DNA of 63,203 bases, filler included, from Octopus bimaculoides (GCF_001194135.2; 12 parts of 12 records of this genome joined end to end with filler, not necessarily neighbours in it), one strand, 5' to 3'; shown: positions 1 to 13,715, counted from the whole stretch's first letter. Notes: a model not told the origin generated them from the sequence alone. A program made the numbers and translations.

Positions 1-14
1 GTATATATACATAT

Positions 15-50
<36 letters not shown>

Positions 51-294
51 GCATACACTTTTCTATAAAATTCCATAGAAATGGTTATTATGTGTGTTTT
101 TATGACAAAATGTTTGTCTCTGGACCAATTGCTCTTTCATATACTGTTTTATTATGATTAAAGGAATCAGGTTTATCTAGAAAATTAAGCTATTAATTCC
201 GATACTGTGAAAAATAGTATAAGGCTTCCAAGACAAATTACGTTAGGGAACGACTGTCGTGGAAGGTGCCAATGCATAAAACGGGAAGTGTGAA

Positions 295-483
295 CGAGGG
301 GGTATTGAAAAGTTCCTGACTTTAAGGGTGTCGCGAATTCTTTTACAGGGCTTAGAAAAATTGAGGGACCGAAGCAATAAGTGTGTGAATCTGAGAGGGG
401 AAATACGTTGAATAAAATCATAATTAATTGGTCCTCCTGTATTTTCTTTTACCCAAAGCCAGGAACTCTTCAACACCCCCTCC
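295..483 (+). mobile_element. mariner-derived MITE (internal deletion)
   Basis: TIRs cgagggggtattgaaaagttcctga / ccaggaactcttcaacaccccctcc-TA; internal GLEKLRDRSNKCVNLRGEYVE* is a mariner C-terminus. Confidence 0.8.
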
Positions 484-1234
484 TACATGTACATTAGCAG
501 TGAATTATGTGTTCGTTTATAACGGTGTACATACATTCATGAATGACCGTATAGGTGTATAAGTGTGAAAGTACAATTGTTTGGTAGGGGGTAGAAGCGT
601 TCGTTTCTGTAGTAACATACACGTTAAAATGGTTCAGTGAACTTCCCAATGAATAACTATAACATTATATCTGTGTAAATGCATGCATATTTCTAAGTAT
701 TGGCTTTGTAAATCCATGCATGAGTTATGGGTGTTGTGGGTATTACACATGCGATTATGAATGGGGTGTGTCATCTGTGTGCGTTTTAAATATGAACGAT
801 ACACATTATACTGTATTTATAGTGTGTCATAAATGCATTTGATCTATGTAATAGAATGCAATAAAAGATTCCCCTGTTGACCTGTTGTGGTACAGCATCC
901 AAGGCAGAGGTTGAAAATAACGACGATGGTGAGGCATACGTAAGGAACAGATGATATAAGCTTGTGTTTATTCGTAGTTCCTCAAACACACACACACACA
1001 CACTGCTACATATATAAACACAAGCATACATACATGCATACATACATACCCACATATACATAAAAGCACACACATAAAATATATATGTAGGTACATGAGC
1101 GTATGTGTGTGCGTATGCATGCATGTATCTATCTATCTATCTATCTATATATATGCATACATATATACTATATATATATGTATATACGTATGCATGTATA
1201 CATCTATGTATACACACACACACACACACATATA

Positions 1235-1265
<31 letters not shown>

Positions 1266-1513
1266 TTGTATATATTATTTACAGATAAATTCCTCTATTT
1301 ACATAATATCGAGGTCTCTTTCTTTCTTTTGTTGTCTTACCTTTTCTATCAATATATNNNNNNNNNNNNNNNNNNNNNNNNNNNNNNNNNNNNNNNNNNN
1401 NNNNNNNNNNNNNNNNNNNNNNNNNNNNNNNNNNNNNNNNNNNNNNNNNNNNNNNNNNNNNNNNNNNNNNNNNNNNNNNNNNNNNNNNNNNNNNNNNNNN
1501 NNNNNNNNNNNNN

Positions 1514-1556
<43 letters not shown>

Positions 1557-2256
1557 AATATACAATATCGATTACACGCAAACTTCTTTCCATAAGGATT
1601 GTGCTACTCTGTTCTTTTTTTAATATATGATTAATAATTTTTAATTTAACAAATCTTTTTTCAAATTTTGTGACAGTAGACTATTTCCCCACGAAAATCT
1701 ATTTAAAATTTCAATGTATACCTTTATGTGCACACATACACGCATTATCATTAACAAATACAAAATTTCGCTGCCTTAATTATAATAATCCTTTCTACCA
1801 AAGGCACAAAGCCTGAAATTCTGGGGGTTGGACTAGTTGATTACATCGACCCCAGTGTTTCACTGGTACTTAATTTATCGACACCGAAAGGATGAAGCAC
1901 AAAATCGACCTCGGCGGAATTTGAACTCAGAGTGTAAAGGCAGATGAAATGCTTCGAAGCATTTCACCCGGTATGCTAACGATTCTGCCAGTTCGAACAG
2001 CGCTCCGCCAGCGCTCCGCCAGCGCTCCGCCGCGGCATTAATGATAATAATAATGATGACGGTGATGATGATGATGATACTAATAGGTGTGCGGTCTGTT
2101 TTCTTAGAAGTGCGGGCGCAGATGTTTGGTACGAGGTTTGCTTACTAAGCTCATAGTACCGGGTTCAGTCCCACTTGGGGACATTATGGGTAGGTGTCTT
2201 CTACTATTGCCACGGACCCACCAAAACCTTGTGAGCGGATTTTGCCGACGGAATGT

Positions 2257-2402
2257 AAAGCAGTTGTATACTGTCAACTTAATGTGACAGTCCCAATAAG
2301 GGAATTATATTGCTGCTATTTAGCCCTAGGAAGCTGGACTGCTTCCTGTCGGCCTTGACACATTGGGACTGTCGCATTAAGTTGACAGTATACAACTGCT
2401 TT
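2257..2402. repeat. 41-bp inverted repeat with a 64-bp spacer
   Basis: aaagcagttgtatactgtcaacttaatg(t/c)gacagtcccaat at 2257-2297, reverse complement at 2362-2402, one mismatch. Confidence 0.9.
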
Positions 2403-2546
2403 ATTGTAACACTGCTGCTTAAGTCTCTCTGTGAGATTTATAATTAGATCATTTCTAATTTTTGTAATCAGTGAATGTGTTTTCACTAGAAATATATATA
2501 TTTGTGAGAGGTTGACAGGCATCTTCAGCCAGCTAGTTTTGCTACC

Positions 2547-2587
2547 TCAGGCTAATGACGAGCAATGACTCGGAAACATGTCTCTGA
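2547..2587 (+). ncRNA. Minimal type I hammerhead ribozyme motif (core variant CUAAUGA)
   Basis: Stem I TCAGG/TCTGA, core CTAATGA, stem II CGAG-caatga-CTCG, GAAAC, palindromic ACATGT stem III, GTC cleavage triplet. Confidence 0.65.
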
Positions 2588-4227
2588 ATGCAGACTAGGC
2601 TGGGTGGGGGTGCTTGTCTCGCCCTCGCAAATATAAGGACACAGGAAATGTGTCAAGGCCGACAAGAAGCGGTCCANNNNNNNNNNNNNNNNNNNNNNNN
2701 NNNNNNNNNNNNNNNNNNNNNNNNNNNNNNNNNNNNNNNNNNNNNNNNNNNNNNNNNNNNNNNNNNNNNNNNNNNNNNNNNNNNNNNNNNNNNNNNNNNN
2801 NNNNNNNNNNNNNNNNNNNNNNNNNNNNNNNNNNNNNNNNNNNNNNNNNNNNNNNNNNNNNNNNNNNNNNNNNNNNNNNNNNNNNNNNNNNNNNNNNNNN
2901 NNNNNNNNNNNNNNNNNNNNNNNNNNNNNNNNNNNNNNNNNNNNNNNNNNNNNNNNNNNNNNNNNNNNNNNNNNNNNNNNNNNNNNNNNNNNNNNNNNNN
3001 NNNNNNNNNNNNNNNNNNNNNNNNNNNNNNNNNNNNNNNNNNNNNNNNNNNNNNNNNNNNNNNNNNNNNNNNNNNNNNNNNNNNNNNNNNNNNNNNNNNN
3101 NNNNNNNNNNNNNNNNNNNNNNNNNNNNNNNNNNNNNNNNNNNNNNNNNNNNNNNNNNNNNNNNNNNNNNNNNNNNNNNNNNNNNNNNNNNNNNNNNNNN
3201 NNNNNNNNNNNNNNNNNNNNNNNNNNNNNNNNNNNNNNNNNNNNNNNNNNNNNNNNNNNNNNNNNNNNNNNNNNNNNNNNNNNNNNNNNNNNNNNNNNNN
3301 NNNNNNNNNNNNNNNNNNNNNNNNNNNNNNNNNNNNNNNNNNNNNNNNNNNNNNNNNNNNNNNNNNNNNNNNNNNNNNNNNNNNNNNNNNNNNNNNNNNN
3401 NNNNNNNNNNNNNNNNNNNNNNNNNNNNNNNNNNNNNNNNNNNNNNNNNNNNNNNNNNNNNNNNNNNNNNNNTGGTAAGAAGAATGCTTCCAAACCACAT
3501 GGTTCTAGGTTCAGGCTTACAGCGTGGTACCTTGGACAAGTGTCTTCTATTATTACCCCAGGCCGACCAGCTGCCCAAGCACATAGTTCCAGGTTCAGTC
3601 CCATTGCGTGGCACCTTGGGCAAGTGTCTTCTACTTATAGCCTCGGGCCGACCAAAGCCTTGGGAGTGGATTTGGTAGACGGAAATTCTAGAAATCGCTG
3701 CAGGTGACGCAAGCTGAGTGCATGTCTGCGCATTAGAAGCCATGGCATGTCTAAGCCGCCACGCAAAGGAAGTTGGCAGCAGACAGACCGCCTGACCATT
3801 GGAACGCGTCCCTTCCATAAGAAAATAAACAGGATTCGCTCCAATCTAATCAAGCAGAAACTGGGGCAAAGCACAACGAATAATAATAATAATAATGATG
3901 ATAACAACAACAACAACAATATTATTATTATTATTATTATTATTAAAGGTCTTATAGAAGTGTGGCTGCATATTTTTATATTTTCGCTCTTTCTTTTGAT
4001 TTGTGGTCTTGTATAGAATCAATCAATCGATCGAGAGATCGATTTGTCAATCAATATCCATACTCTAGATAGATCGTCGATGGCACAGAGAGAAACAGAA
4101 CCATCTCTACAACAATTTTCTCTGCCATCCACCAACTTCGAATTTCCTACAATGTTCCAACCCTGATCAGTCTTTCATGTTGTGCAAACACCTACATTGT
4201 GGCTTTCTATTATCACGTTTATCGATT

Positions 4228-4462
4228 GAAGCCGCGTGGCTTAGTGGTTAGAGTATTCGACTCACGATCGCAAGGTCGTGAGTTCGATTCTAGGCGGCGG
4301 TTTGTTTCTTTGAATAAGACTTTTTATTTCACGTTGCTCCAGTTCACTCAGCTGGCGAAAATTAGTAGCACCTGTATTTCAAAGGGCCGGCCCTGTCACA
4401 TTCTGTGTCATACTGAATCTTCCTGAGAACTACGTTAAGGGTACATGTGTCTGTGGAGTGCT
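4228..4462 (+). mobile_element. SINE family A copy (cut by the scaffold end)
   Basis: A box 4237-4247, B box gttcgattc 4282-4290; shared body gccttgtcaca...gaactacgttaagggta. Confidence 0.85.
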
Positions 4463-4562
4463 NNNNNNNNNNNNNNNNNNNNNNNNNNNNNNNNNNNNNN
4501 NNNNNNTTAATTAATTAANNNNNNNNNNNNNNNNNNNNNNNNNNNNNNNNNNNNNNNNNNNN
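4463..4562. other. Artificial scaffold linker (44N-TTAATTAATTAA-44N)
   Basis: Exactly 100 bp; the palindromic 12-mer at 4507-4518 gives stops in all six frames; identical at 11 sites. Confidence 0.97.
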
Positions 4563-4594
<32 letters not shown>

Positions 4595-5431
4595 CTAAAG
4601 ATGTAGTGCAACAGAGATTAATTAAAAAAACATTTTTCGTACTTCTTGCTTACTGTGTGTGTGTATGTGTGCGTGTGTGTGTAATAAACACACACACATA
4701 TGCATACATACACATACTTTTATGCAAATAGACTGTGAGGTGTAAATGGCGTATACATACATATATTTACATTTCCACACAATATATGTGTATACTAATG
4801 TGTGTATATGCGTGCTGCATGTATGTATATGCATGTATGTATGTGTATGTATATGCATGTATATATGTGTATATATATATATATATATATCTACCGCTTG
4901 TAATCAAAATTCCATCTGTTCTCTTCTTGCAGTGTCCAGTCGCTGAAACTCGGTGGTCGAAGTTGATGCTATCAATTAATGTCCGAAACGAACGGACAAT
5001 GTTCTATAACAAGTATGACACTATATAACAGAATTACAGAAAGAATGAATGGTAGGATGAATAAATGAAAGAATGAAAGAAAAATAATACTAGAACAAAA
5101 GAACTTGGTAGACGAAAGACCTAAATTCGAACTGTACACCGGATGTTAGTATATCATAGTTATTTATTTAGCAAGCAACATATTTTATATGATATGAATG
5201 TACATGTGTTATGTGTGTGTATCTGCGTGTGTGTGTGTGCATATATATATATATTTATTTATATGTATGTTTGTATGTATGTATGTTTGTATGTATGTAT
5301 GTGCGTATGTGTGTATATATATAAATATGTGTGTGTGTATGTTTGTAATCATATATTTATATACACATAAACGTAATTATGTTGGCCCGTGTATAAGCAT
5401 GGACATATTAAATATACACACAGATGTATGC

Positions 5432-5470
<39 letters not shown>

Positions 5471-5502
5471 AGAACAGAAGCATGTCATTGTATCTATATC
5501 TG

Positions 5503-5557
<55 letters not shown>

Positions 5558-5721
5558 GTGTGAGTGTGTGTGCGTGTACATTATTGTATATATGTAGGCA
5601 ATAGAAATATTTTTAATTACGTACATTGTACATACATATTCATATATACTCACATTCATAGGACGTGTGTATATACATATAGACATATGTATCTACATAC
5701 ATACATATATATGTATATAAA

Positions 5722-5821
5722 NNNNNNNNNNNNNNNNNNNNNNNNNNNNNNNNNNNNNNNNNNNNTTAATTAATTAANNNNNNNNNNNNNNNNNNNNNNN
5801 NNNNNNNNNNNNNNNNNNNNN
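5722..5821. other. Artificial scaffold linker
   Basis: 44N + TTAATTAATTAA (5766-5777) + 44N. Confidence 0.97.
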
Positions 5822-5877
<56 letters not shown>

Positions 5878-6919
5878 GCATACAGAAATACAGGCAGAGA
5901 CGCATACACACATACACACGCGAATAATATGTCCGTGTATATATGAACACATGCGCATTTGCATACATCTACATTTAGATAGTTATACAGACAGAAATAG
6001 AGTAAGAAAAGTAAAGGAAAGGAACCAAAGTCACTGATTCGCTGATTGTGAGAAGGCCAATTAGATAGTTATATAGATAGATGTGTAAATAAATGGCCCG
6101 AATTTGCAGGGAGAGGGGGAAAAAATAACAGAAGAAGAAAAGATACGAAAATAAAACATTAAGAGAAAAGACAACAGACATTCCTCTGCTTTCGAGTAGG
6201 CATCGGAAAAGAACGAAAGATAAACTCGATTTTAAAAAGCAGTTGTCAGTTTGTGATTGTGTTTATTAGGATAAATTAGAGGAAGTGCCAACAAAGTTAT
6301 CTCTCTTGAAATGATATATACATACCTAAATGAACATATGCATGCCTATATATATTTATATATATATATATATNNNNNNNNNNNNNNNNNNNNNNNNNNN
6401 NNNNNNNNNNNNNNNNNNNNNNNNNNNNNNNNNNNNNNNNNNNNNNNNNNNNNNNNNNNNNNNNNNNNNNNNNNNNNNNNNNNNNNNNNNNNNNNNNNNN
6501 NNNNNNNNNNNNNNNNNNNNNNNNNNNNNNNNNNNNNNNNNNNNNNNNNNNNNNNNNNNNNNNNNNNNNNNNNNNNNNNNNNNNNNNNNNNNNNNNNNNN
6601 NNNNNNNNNNNNNNNNNNNNNNNNNNNNNNNNNNNNNNNNNNNNNNNNNNNNNNNNNNNNNNNNNNNNNNNNNNNNNNNNNNNNNNNNNNNNNNNNNNNN
6701 NNNNNNNNNNNNNNNNNNNNNNNNNNNNNNNNNNNNNNNNNNNNNNNNNNNNNNNNNNNNNNNNNNNNNNNNNNNNNNNNNNNNNNNNNNNNNNNNNNNN
6801 NNNNNNNNNNNNNNNNNNNNNNNNNNNNNNNNNNNNNATGCTTAAATATATATGTATATATGATATAGGTATGTGTGTGTATGCGTATATATATAAATAT
6901 ATATATATATATATACATT

Positions 6920-7019
<100 letters not shown>

Positions 7020-7744
7020 ATATATATAAATATATATATACATAAATAAAATGTCTGGTCCAAGGGCCCAATGAGCTGCCGGGAATCGATCCCTCAACCT
7101 TACGATCGTGAGCCTAATACCTTAACCTAGTGTTTCACTAGTTCGAGCATATCCGTTAGGGGAATGTACGGGTGGATCTAATTCCAGCAGTTTAATAGTT
7201 ATCAATTTATCAACACTCGGAAGACGAAAGGACAGATGTTATTCACTTGTTCAATGCAGCAAAAATATACGATCAAAGCTCGATAAAATCTCACACCATT
7301 TTGATTTAAAGTCACGTTTAGTACGTAAAGTGAACGATAGCGAGATTGGGATTTAGAATGTAAAGAGATGCAAAGTTTTGCGTCAACGTTGAATAGACAT
7401 ATATGCAAAGTACGAAAATATACAGAAGTTAGCGATTGGGGAAATTTATACTTGAGCTAAACAACAGCAACAACATCTACAACAAATAGCAAAAACGACG
7501 AATCAGAAAGACTCAAGAAATTCGGTAGCTTCATTAATTTTTATACTTGATCTTGTCGTTGTTTAGCCCTAGGTTTGTCCTCATCAAGGAGATCTATGAT
7601 CAATGACGCTGCAGCAAAACCACGCCATTTTTTTTTTACAGTTTAGTTTATACAGGGCAACATTATCCAATGTATGCATTTTTTCCAGGCAATATGGTGT
7701 GACACTTGGTTGCTATTTCTAAAATGTCGAGGGATAATATAGAG

Positions 7745-7850
7745 CAGGCATAGGCAACCTTTTTTGAGAAGCGAACCGAATGAGACATGACTCATCATCA
7801 AGAAGGTCGCACAACTAAAATAATTCGTGGTTGCATGTTGCCCATGACTG
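7745..7850. mobile_element. hAT (Charlie-type) MITE
   Basis: 16-bp imperfect TIRs caggcataggcaacct / atgttgcccatgactg; 8-bp flanks atatagag / atgtagaa (6 of 8 identical, NTNTAGAN). Confidence 0.65.
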
Positions 7851-8087
7851 ATGTAGAAGCATCTTTGTTGATTTCTAATTTTCATATATTCATTGTTGTT
7901 GATGATGATGGTTTTGAGACCGATTCTCCTCTTATTCCTCTTACTGCCGCTAATTTTAGATTTTGACTTCAGTCACACAGGGTGCGCCAGAAATCCAACT
8001 CAGATTCCCAAAGCTTTCAAACGCTTATAAAGAAAGGTGAATGAGAGGTTATATTGCTACGCCCTGTATGAATGATATTGTTTTTCC

Positions 8088-8237
8088 CATTATTTACATT
8101 ATTTACATTTGACGGATATTTGTCCTCATCTTGTTTGTTGTTAACACAATGCTTCGGCTGATATACCCTCCAGCCTTCCTCAGGTCACGTGGGGAAATTT
8201 CGAACCTGGGTTCTCATTACTAAGGTATTTTTCGATG
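8088..8237 (-). mobile_element. Penelope-like repeat copy
   Basis: Reverse complement of 29045-29200. Confidence 0.6.
8143..8188 (-). ncRNA. Second copy of the same hammerhead motif (degenerate)
   Basis: Minus strand gtgac-CTGAGGA-aGGCTG-gagggtatat-CAGCC-GAAG-C-ATT-GTGTT; mutations differ from those in the 29095 copy. Confidence 0.55.
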
Positions 8238-8505
<268 letters not shown>

Positions 8506-8582
8506 TAGGTCCCTGCCTGGAATCGAACTCGATATCCTGGTGTTAGTAGCCCGCACTCTTAATCACTACACCATATGAATCA

Positions 8583-8676
8583 TGTTAACAACACACAAGA
8601 TGAGGAGAAATATCTGTCAAATGTAAATAATGTAAATAACGTGCATAATTCCTCATCCCTTAAATATAGAACTGTA
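8583..8676 (+). mobile_element. Partial Penelope-like repeat copy (3' part, no HHR)
   Basis: Matches 29138-29230; inverted relative to the 8088 copy. Confidence 0.6.
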
Positions 8677-11427
8677 TAATATTGTTGTTGTTAATATTGT
8701 CTCTCTCCAGGTCATGTCTAATGGAGCAGATCTTCTGTAAAAACCGTTCCAGCCATTCCGTATTTCTCTGCATTTCTAAATACCTTGATTAGTGCAACTT
8801 TTTCCAGAGGGCAGAGTGCGATTTAATAGACATTTGACTGTTAATTCTAGCAAACAGAACCATAAAATTAGATGATTCCTGGCTGTTATTATTGTTATTT
8901 TTAATGTCTAACCACTGGTCATTCTTGACCGAGCATATTCGTGGCCAATGACGTATCAGTTACGAAAAATTCCCCTCATTTTATTCCAACATTTTATATA
9001 TGTGGAGGTGTGTGTCTTAGTGACGAGGAACATTCGGCTCAAGATCGTATGGTCGTGATTTCGATTCCTTGCGGTGCCTTGTATCCTTGAGCAAGAATCT
9101 ATTTTACGTTGCTCCGAGTTAACCCTGCTAGCAAAAATGAGTTCTACTTTTAATTCAAAGGGCCAGCCTTGTCACATTGTTTCACGCTGAATCTCCCTAA
9201 GAACTACGTTAAAGGTAAGCGTTTTGGGGGCTGTTCTCAGACACTTGCACGTTAATCTTACCAGCAGTTTGTTCCATTGATCGGATGGAGTGGGACCCTC
9301 GTCGTCATAACCGACGGAGAACCAGTTGCAGTATATGACACTACAGTATCCAGAATGTCTTATCTTTCTTAAAAAAGGATGTTTACGTAAGATTTGAGTT
9401 AGATGTGACTGTTATCTTTTGTGGATGCCACAGCAGTTGTGCTTTGGTGTGTTACTTGTCATGAGAGCGACATCAGAAATGTTAATGACAGTAATGATGA
9501 TTATGATAATGAGATAATCTTTTTTTTTTTTTTTTTCAATTTTTCTATTGTTTGTTAGAAGTCGCTTGAACCTTTGACCTTCCAAATTAAAAAGAAAGGG
9601 CTAAAAACAAATAACAAAACAAAGGAAGATTGATTTGTATTGCTTCGTTATTTGCATAAACGCTTCTAGTCAAGTAGTATGTAGCTGGTTATAGTTATAC
9701 ATATATGCACATATATACATAATACATGTATACATACACACACACACACACACACAGAGACTCACACGCACGTACACACACACACACACACACAGACTCA
9801 CACGCACGTACGCACACACAAAAGCAAACATTGACAAACATCCAGCCATCCACACAAACACACACACACACACAAGTATATATAATGGCAAATCGGTATT
9901 TGGTATGTTTTATATTTTCGTTCTTGATTAGAGCGATGTTGTGTTATTGTTGTTGTGTCTTCAAGAATTGCAGTTATTTGTAATTTTATGAATGCCCGGA
10001 TTGTGAACGTTTCTGTTCTTCATTTCTCCCTCTATCTCTTTCTCTTTCCTTTTTTTTTTTTTTTTGCTTCTCAGAATTATTTTCATTGGCAATGCTTTGT
10101 TGTTGCATTTCTTTTCTCGATATCTGCTCATTGATTGCCCCTCGTTGAAGGCACACAAAACTGAAGGGTCGCCCCCCATTCTTTGCCATCGTTACTTTGG
10201 CATTCACCACTTAACTAAATTAAGTTACATGGGTATTTTTAATTCAGGTGCATGCACGCGAACACATACATACACGCACTCAAAACTCACACGCCATGAA
10301 TATACACGTGCACTTACATGCTTGCATACATACATATGACACACACATATATACACTCACATATATATACACACATATGTGTTCATATATTATCTATACA
10401 TGTAAGCACACATACGCATATATATAATACGCGCACGTGTACACACACACACACACACACACATCTATTTATATAACCATTAAGCTGTTCATTCAATTGA
10501 ACGTACGGTTCGTTAAATGAAGATGTAAGTAGCTGATTGTTCCACGGACGTTCGTAACGTAAAAGTAATACCTACTGATATGTCCTGCGGGACAAAATTG
10601 AGCTTTTGAACGGTAGGTATGGATACAAGTCTTCCACACAGTATCCATAATCCCAGTTTTTCTCACAAGTCTTGGGTAGATCAAAGGATATACTAAAGAC
10701 ACTTCCTCAAGATGCTGTGCAGTTATATCGAAACTGATATCTATTTGTCGCGAAGCGAAATTCTTAATCATTCACCGATGCTTGCGCCTGCCTGCATAGA
10801 TAAAACTACAAATGTGAACAGATAAAGAAGAAAACAGATAAAAATAACAAAAATAAGGAAAGAAAAGAAAAAAAAAGCGCATCAAAGTGAAGCAGATAGA
10901 TTCTTTGATCGATAGCTATAATGATAAGTGTTCTGTCTTGGAAATAGTTAAATAGTAAAACAGAAGCTTGGTTGGTAGTGAAAAAATATATTGTTAGACA
11001 ACGATAGACGAAGATAAATAGATTCATACTCACAAGAAGGTAAATAAAACATATGCATATATATGTGTGTATGGAGTGTATNNNNNNNNNNNNNNNNNNN
11101 NNNNNNNNNNNNNNNNNNNNNNNNNNNNNNNNNNNNNNNNNNNNNNNNNNNNNNNNNNNNNNNNNNNNNNNNNNNNNNNNNNNNNNNNNNNNNNNNNNNN
11201 NNNNNNNNNNNNNNNNNNNNNNNNNNNNNNNNNNNNNNNNNNNNNNNNNNNNNNNNNNNNNNNNNNNNNNNNNNNNNNNNNNNNNNNNNNNNNNNNNNNN
11301 NNNNNNNNNNNNNNNNNNNNNNNNNNNNNNNNNNNNNNNNNNNNNNNNNNNNNNNNNNNNNNNNNNNNNNNNNNNNNNNNNNNNNNNNNNNNNNNNNNNN
11401 NNNNNNNNNNNNNNNNNNNNNNNNNNN

Positions 11428-11476
<49 letters not shown>

Positions 11477-12009
11477 TGTATATATATTTATGTGTGTGTA
11501 TGTATATATACAACAGAGGGAGAGAGGAAGCAAGAGAGAGAAAGAGAAAGGAAAAGATGTCAGTACATATCAGAATATGTAATGCATCGACCATAAAAAG
11601 CTGAAGTAAGAATTAAATATGCAGTGGAACAAATGTATTATTAGTCGTTGATTGATATTAATCTTTCATATAGTTCCGGCAAGTACAGTACGGGAGACAA
11701 CTCCGGACATGTTTCTGCGTCAGTGAACATCTTCGTTGAAGTGAAGCCTTTCTCTTGTTTACTTTACTGACATAGTAGCGGACGAATCGCTAAGTAAATA
11801 TAAACAAATGCAGAGAAATAGAATTGTTTAGAAATTAAACAATCAGATAGACAGATATAAAAAAACAATGATAACAATCACAAGACGTAGAGTTTTTATC
11901 AGTTAAACTCACTGTTAGAATTGCATTACAGCCTTGAAAGCAGAGTTAGAGGAAAAATACTACATACGCGCATGCATGGTTGTTTGGTTAAGATTGCATT
12001 ACAGCCATT

Positions 12010-12535
12010 GAAGATCTGGGAATGGACTAGGAAAAGCGACATGAAAGTTGAAATTTAAGCCCTTATCTTCGCAGCGCAAGAACAGGCACTGAGAACGAAC
12101 TATATAAAGTTCAATCGTGAGAAGTTAATGACTAGCCCACTTTGTAGGTTATATGGCGAGAAAGGTAAAACAATAAACCACAGTATTAGTGACTGTAAGA
12201 TGCTTGCAGAGAAAGAGTACAAGAGAAGGCAAGTGGTCGCTGAAAACGAACAGCATAAGATCTTGTGGGACTTCACAATCTAGTGTGACCATTTTGTTGT
12301 GGCTAGAGAATCTGACATTGTTGTCGTAGAATAGAAGTAACTATTGTGGATATCGCTTCACCGTGAACCACGGGGTAAATGAGAAGGGAAGTGAGAAGGG
12401 TGAGAAATATCAGCAGCTGAAGTGGAAAATTAGGAAACTCGAGAAGCTAGGAAGTACCATCAGAACGGGGTTGTTGCAGAAGACAGGCTTCTTTGGAACA
12501 GCAAAGATCCTAAAGAGAGTGTTAGGAAGTTGAAG
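12010..12535 (+). mobile_element. R4/Dong-clade LINE 3' fragment (decayed)
   Basis: AAQEQALRTNYIK...PLCRL..E.GKTINH zinc-knuckle region, KILWDF, DIVVV, GTAKILKRVL; stops and frameshifts. Confidence 0.75.
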
Positions 12536-13118
12536 AAGGAATGATCCAAAGGGCATTTGGCCATTTGATATGGCTCCCTCTTTTGGTATAGTGTCAGTAT
12601 AACATCTGCCAGAGCAAAAGCATCAGTGAATAAGAAAAAAAAAACAGTAGCTTCGAATTTTGACAAAAGTCCAGCAATTTTGAGATGGATCGAGACCAAG
12701 TCGTTTACATTAACCCAATGTTGAACTGGTACTTATTTGACGGCTCCAAAAGGATGGAAGGTGAATCTAACCTCTGCATAAGGTGACCTCAACAAAATGT
12801 GACCTTGACAAAATATGAACCCAGAATATAAAGAATCGTAATGGATTCGGAGTTTAGCAAAAAAACCCAGTTATTTTAGGTAAACGGATTCAGTCAATTC
12901 CATCGACATTATACTTGACTGGAGCTTTATGTTATCGACATTGAAAGAATGGATAGGAAGTTGACCACGGTGAAATTCTATCTCAGAGTGTAAAGAGCCT
13001 GGAGAAAAACTGCAAAGCATGTTATTCCAAGGCTGAAAAGATTGAACGAACACACAGCTGTTATAATGATTTCTAATTTAGGAAGAAGGACAGAAATTTT
13101 TAGGCGTGGGGTGCGTGC

Positions 13119-13169
<51 letters not shown>

Positions 13170-13454
13170 NNNNNNNNNNNNNNNNNNNNNNNNNNNNNNN
13201 NNNNNNNNNNNNNNNNNNNNNNNNNNNNNNNNNNNNNNNNNNNNNNNNNNNNNNNNNNNNNNNNNNNNNNNNNNNNNNNNNNNNNNNNNNNNNNNNNNNN
13301 NNNNNNNNNNNNNNNNNNNNNNNNNNNNNNNNNNNNNNNNNNNNNNNNNNNNNNNNNNNNNNNNNNNNNNNNNNNNNNNNNNNNNNNNNNNNNNNNNNNN
13401 NNNNNNNNNNNNNNNNNNNNNNNNNNTTTAACGATTCTGCCACCTGCCCACATT

Positions 13455-13473
13455 AATAATAATGATGATGATT

Positions 13474-13507
<34 letters not shown>

Positions 13508-13530
13508 CGAAGATGATGATGATGTTGGTG

Positions 13531-13582
<52 letters not shown>

Positions 13583-13695
13583 TGATGATGTTGATGATGA
13601 TGATGTTGATGATGATGATGTTGATGATGATGATGTTGATGATGATGATATTGATGATGATGATGATATTGATAATGATGATGATGATGATAGTT
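13455..13695. repeat. Compound (GAT)n/(AAT)n microsatellite with 15-bp superperiod
   Basis: gttgatgatgatgat units; source of the poly-D/N/M/I pseudo-ORFs. Confidence 0.95.
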
Positions 13696-13715
13696 ACGTA
13701 TTGTAAACACACACA

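Noticed and set aside
4507-4518. TTAATTAATTAA as a biological motif (PacI site or piggyBac TTAA target)
   Set aside because: Always centred in exactly 44+44 N; artificial.
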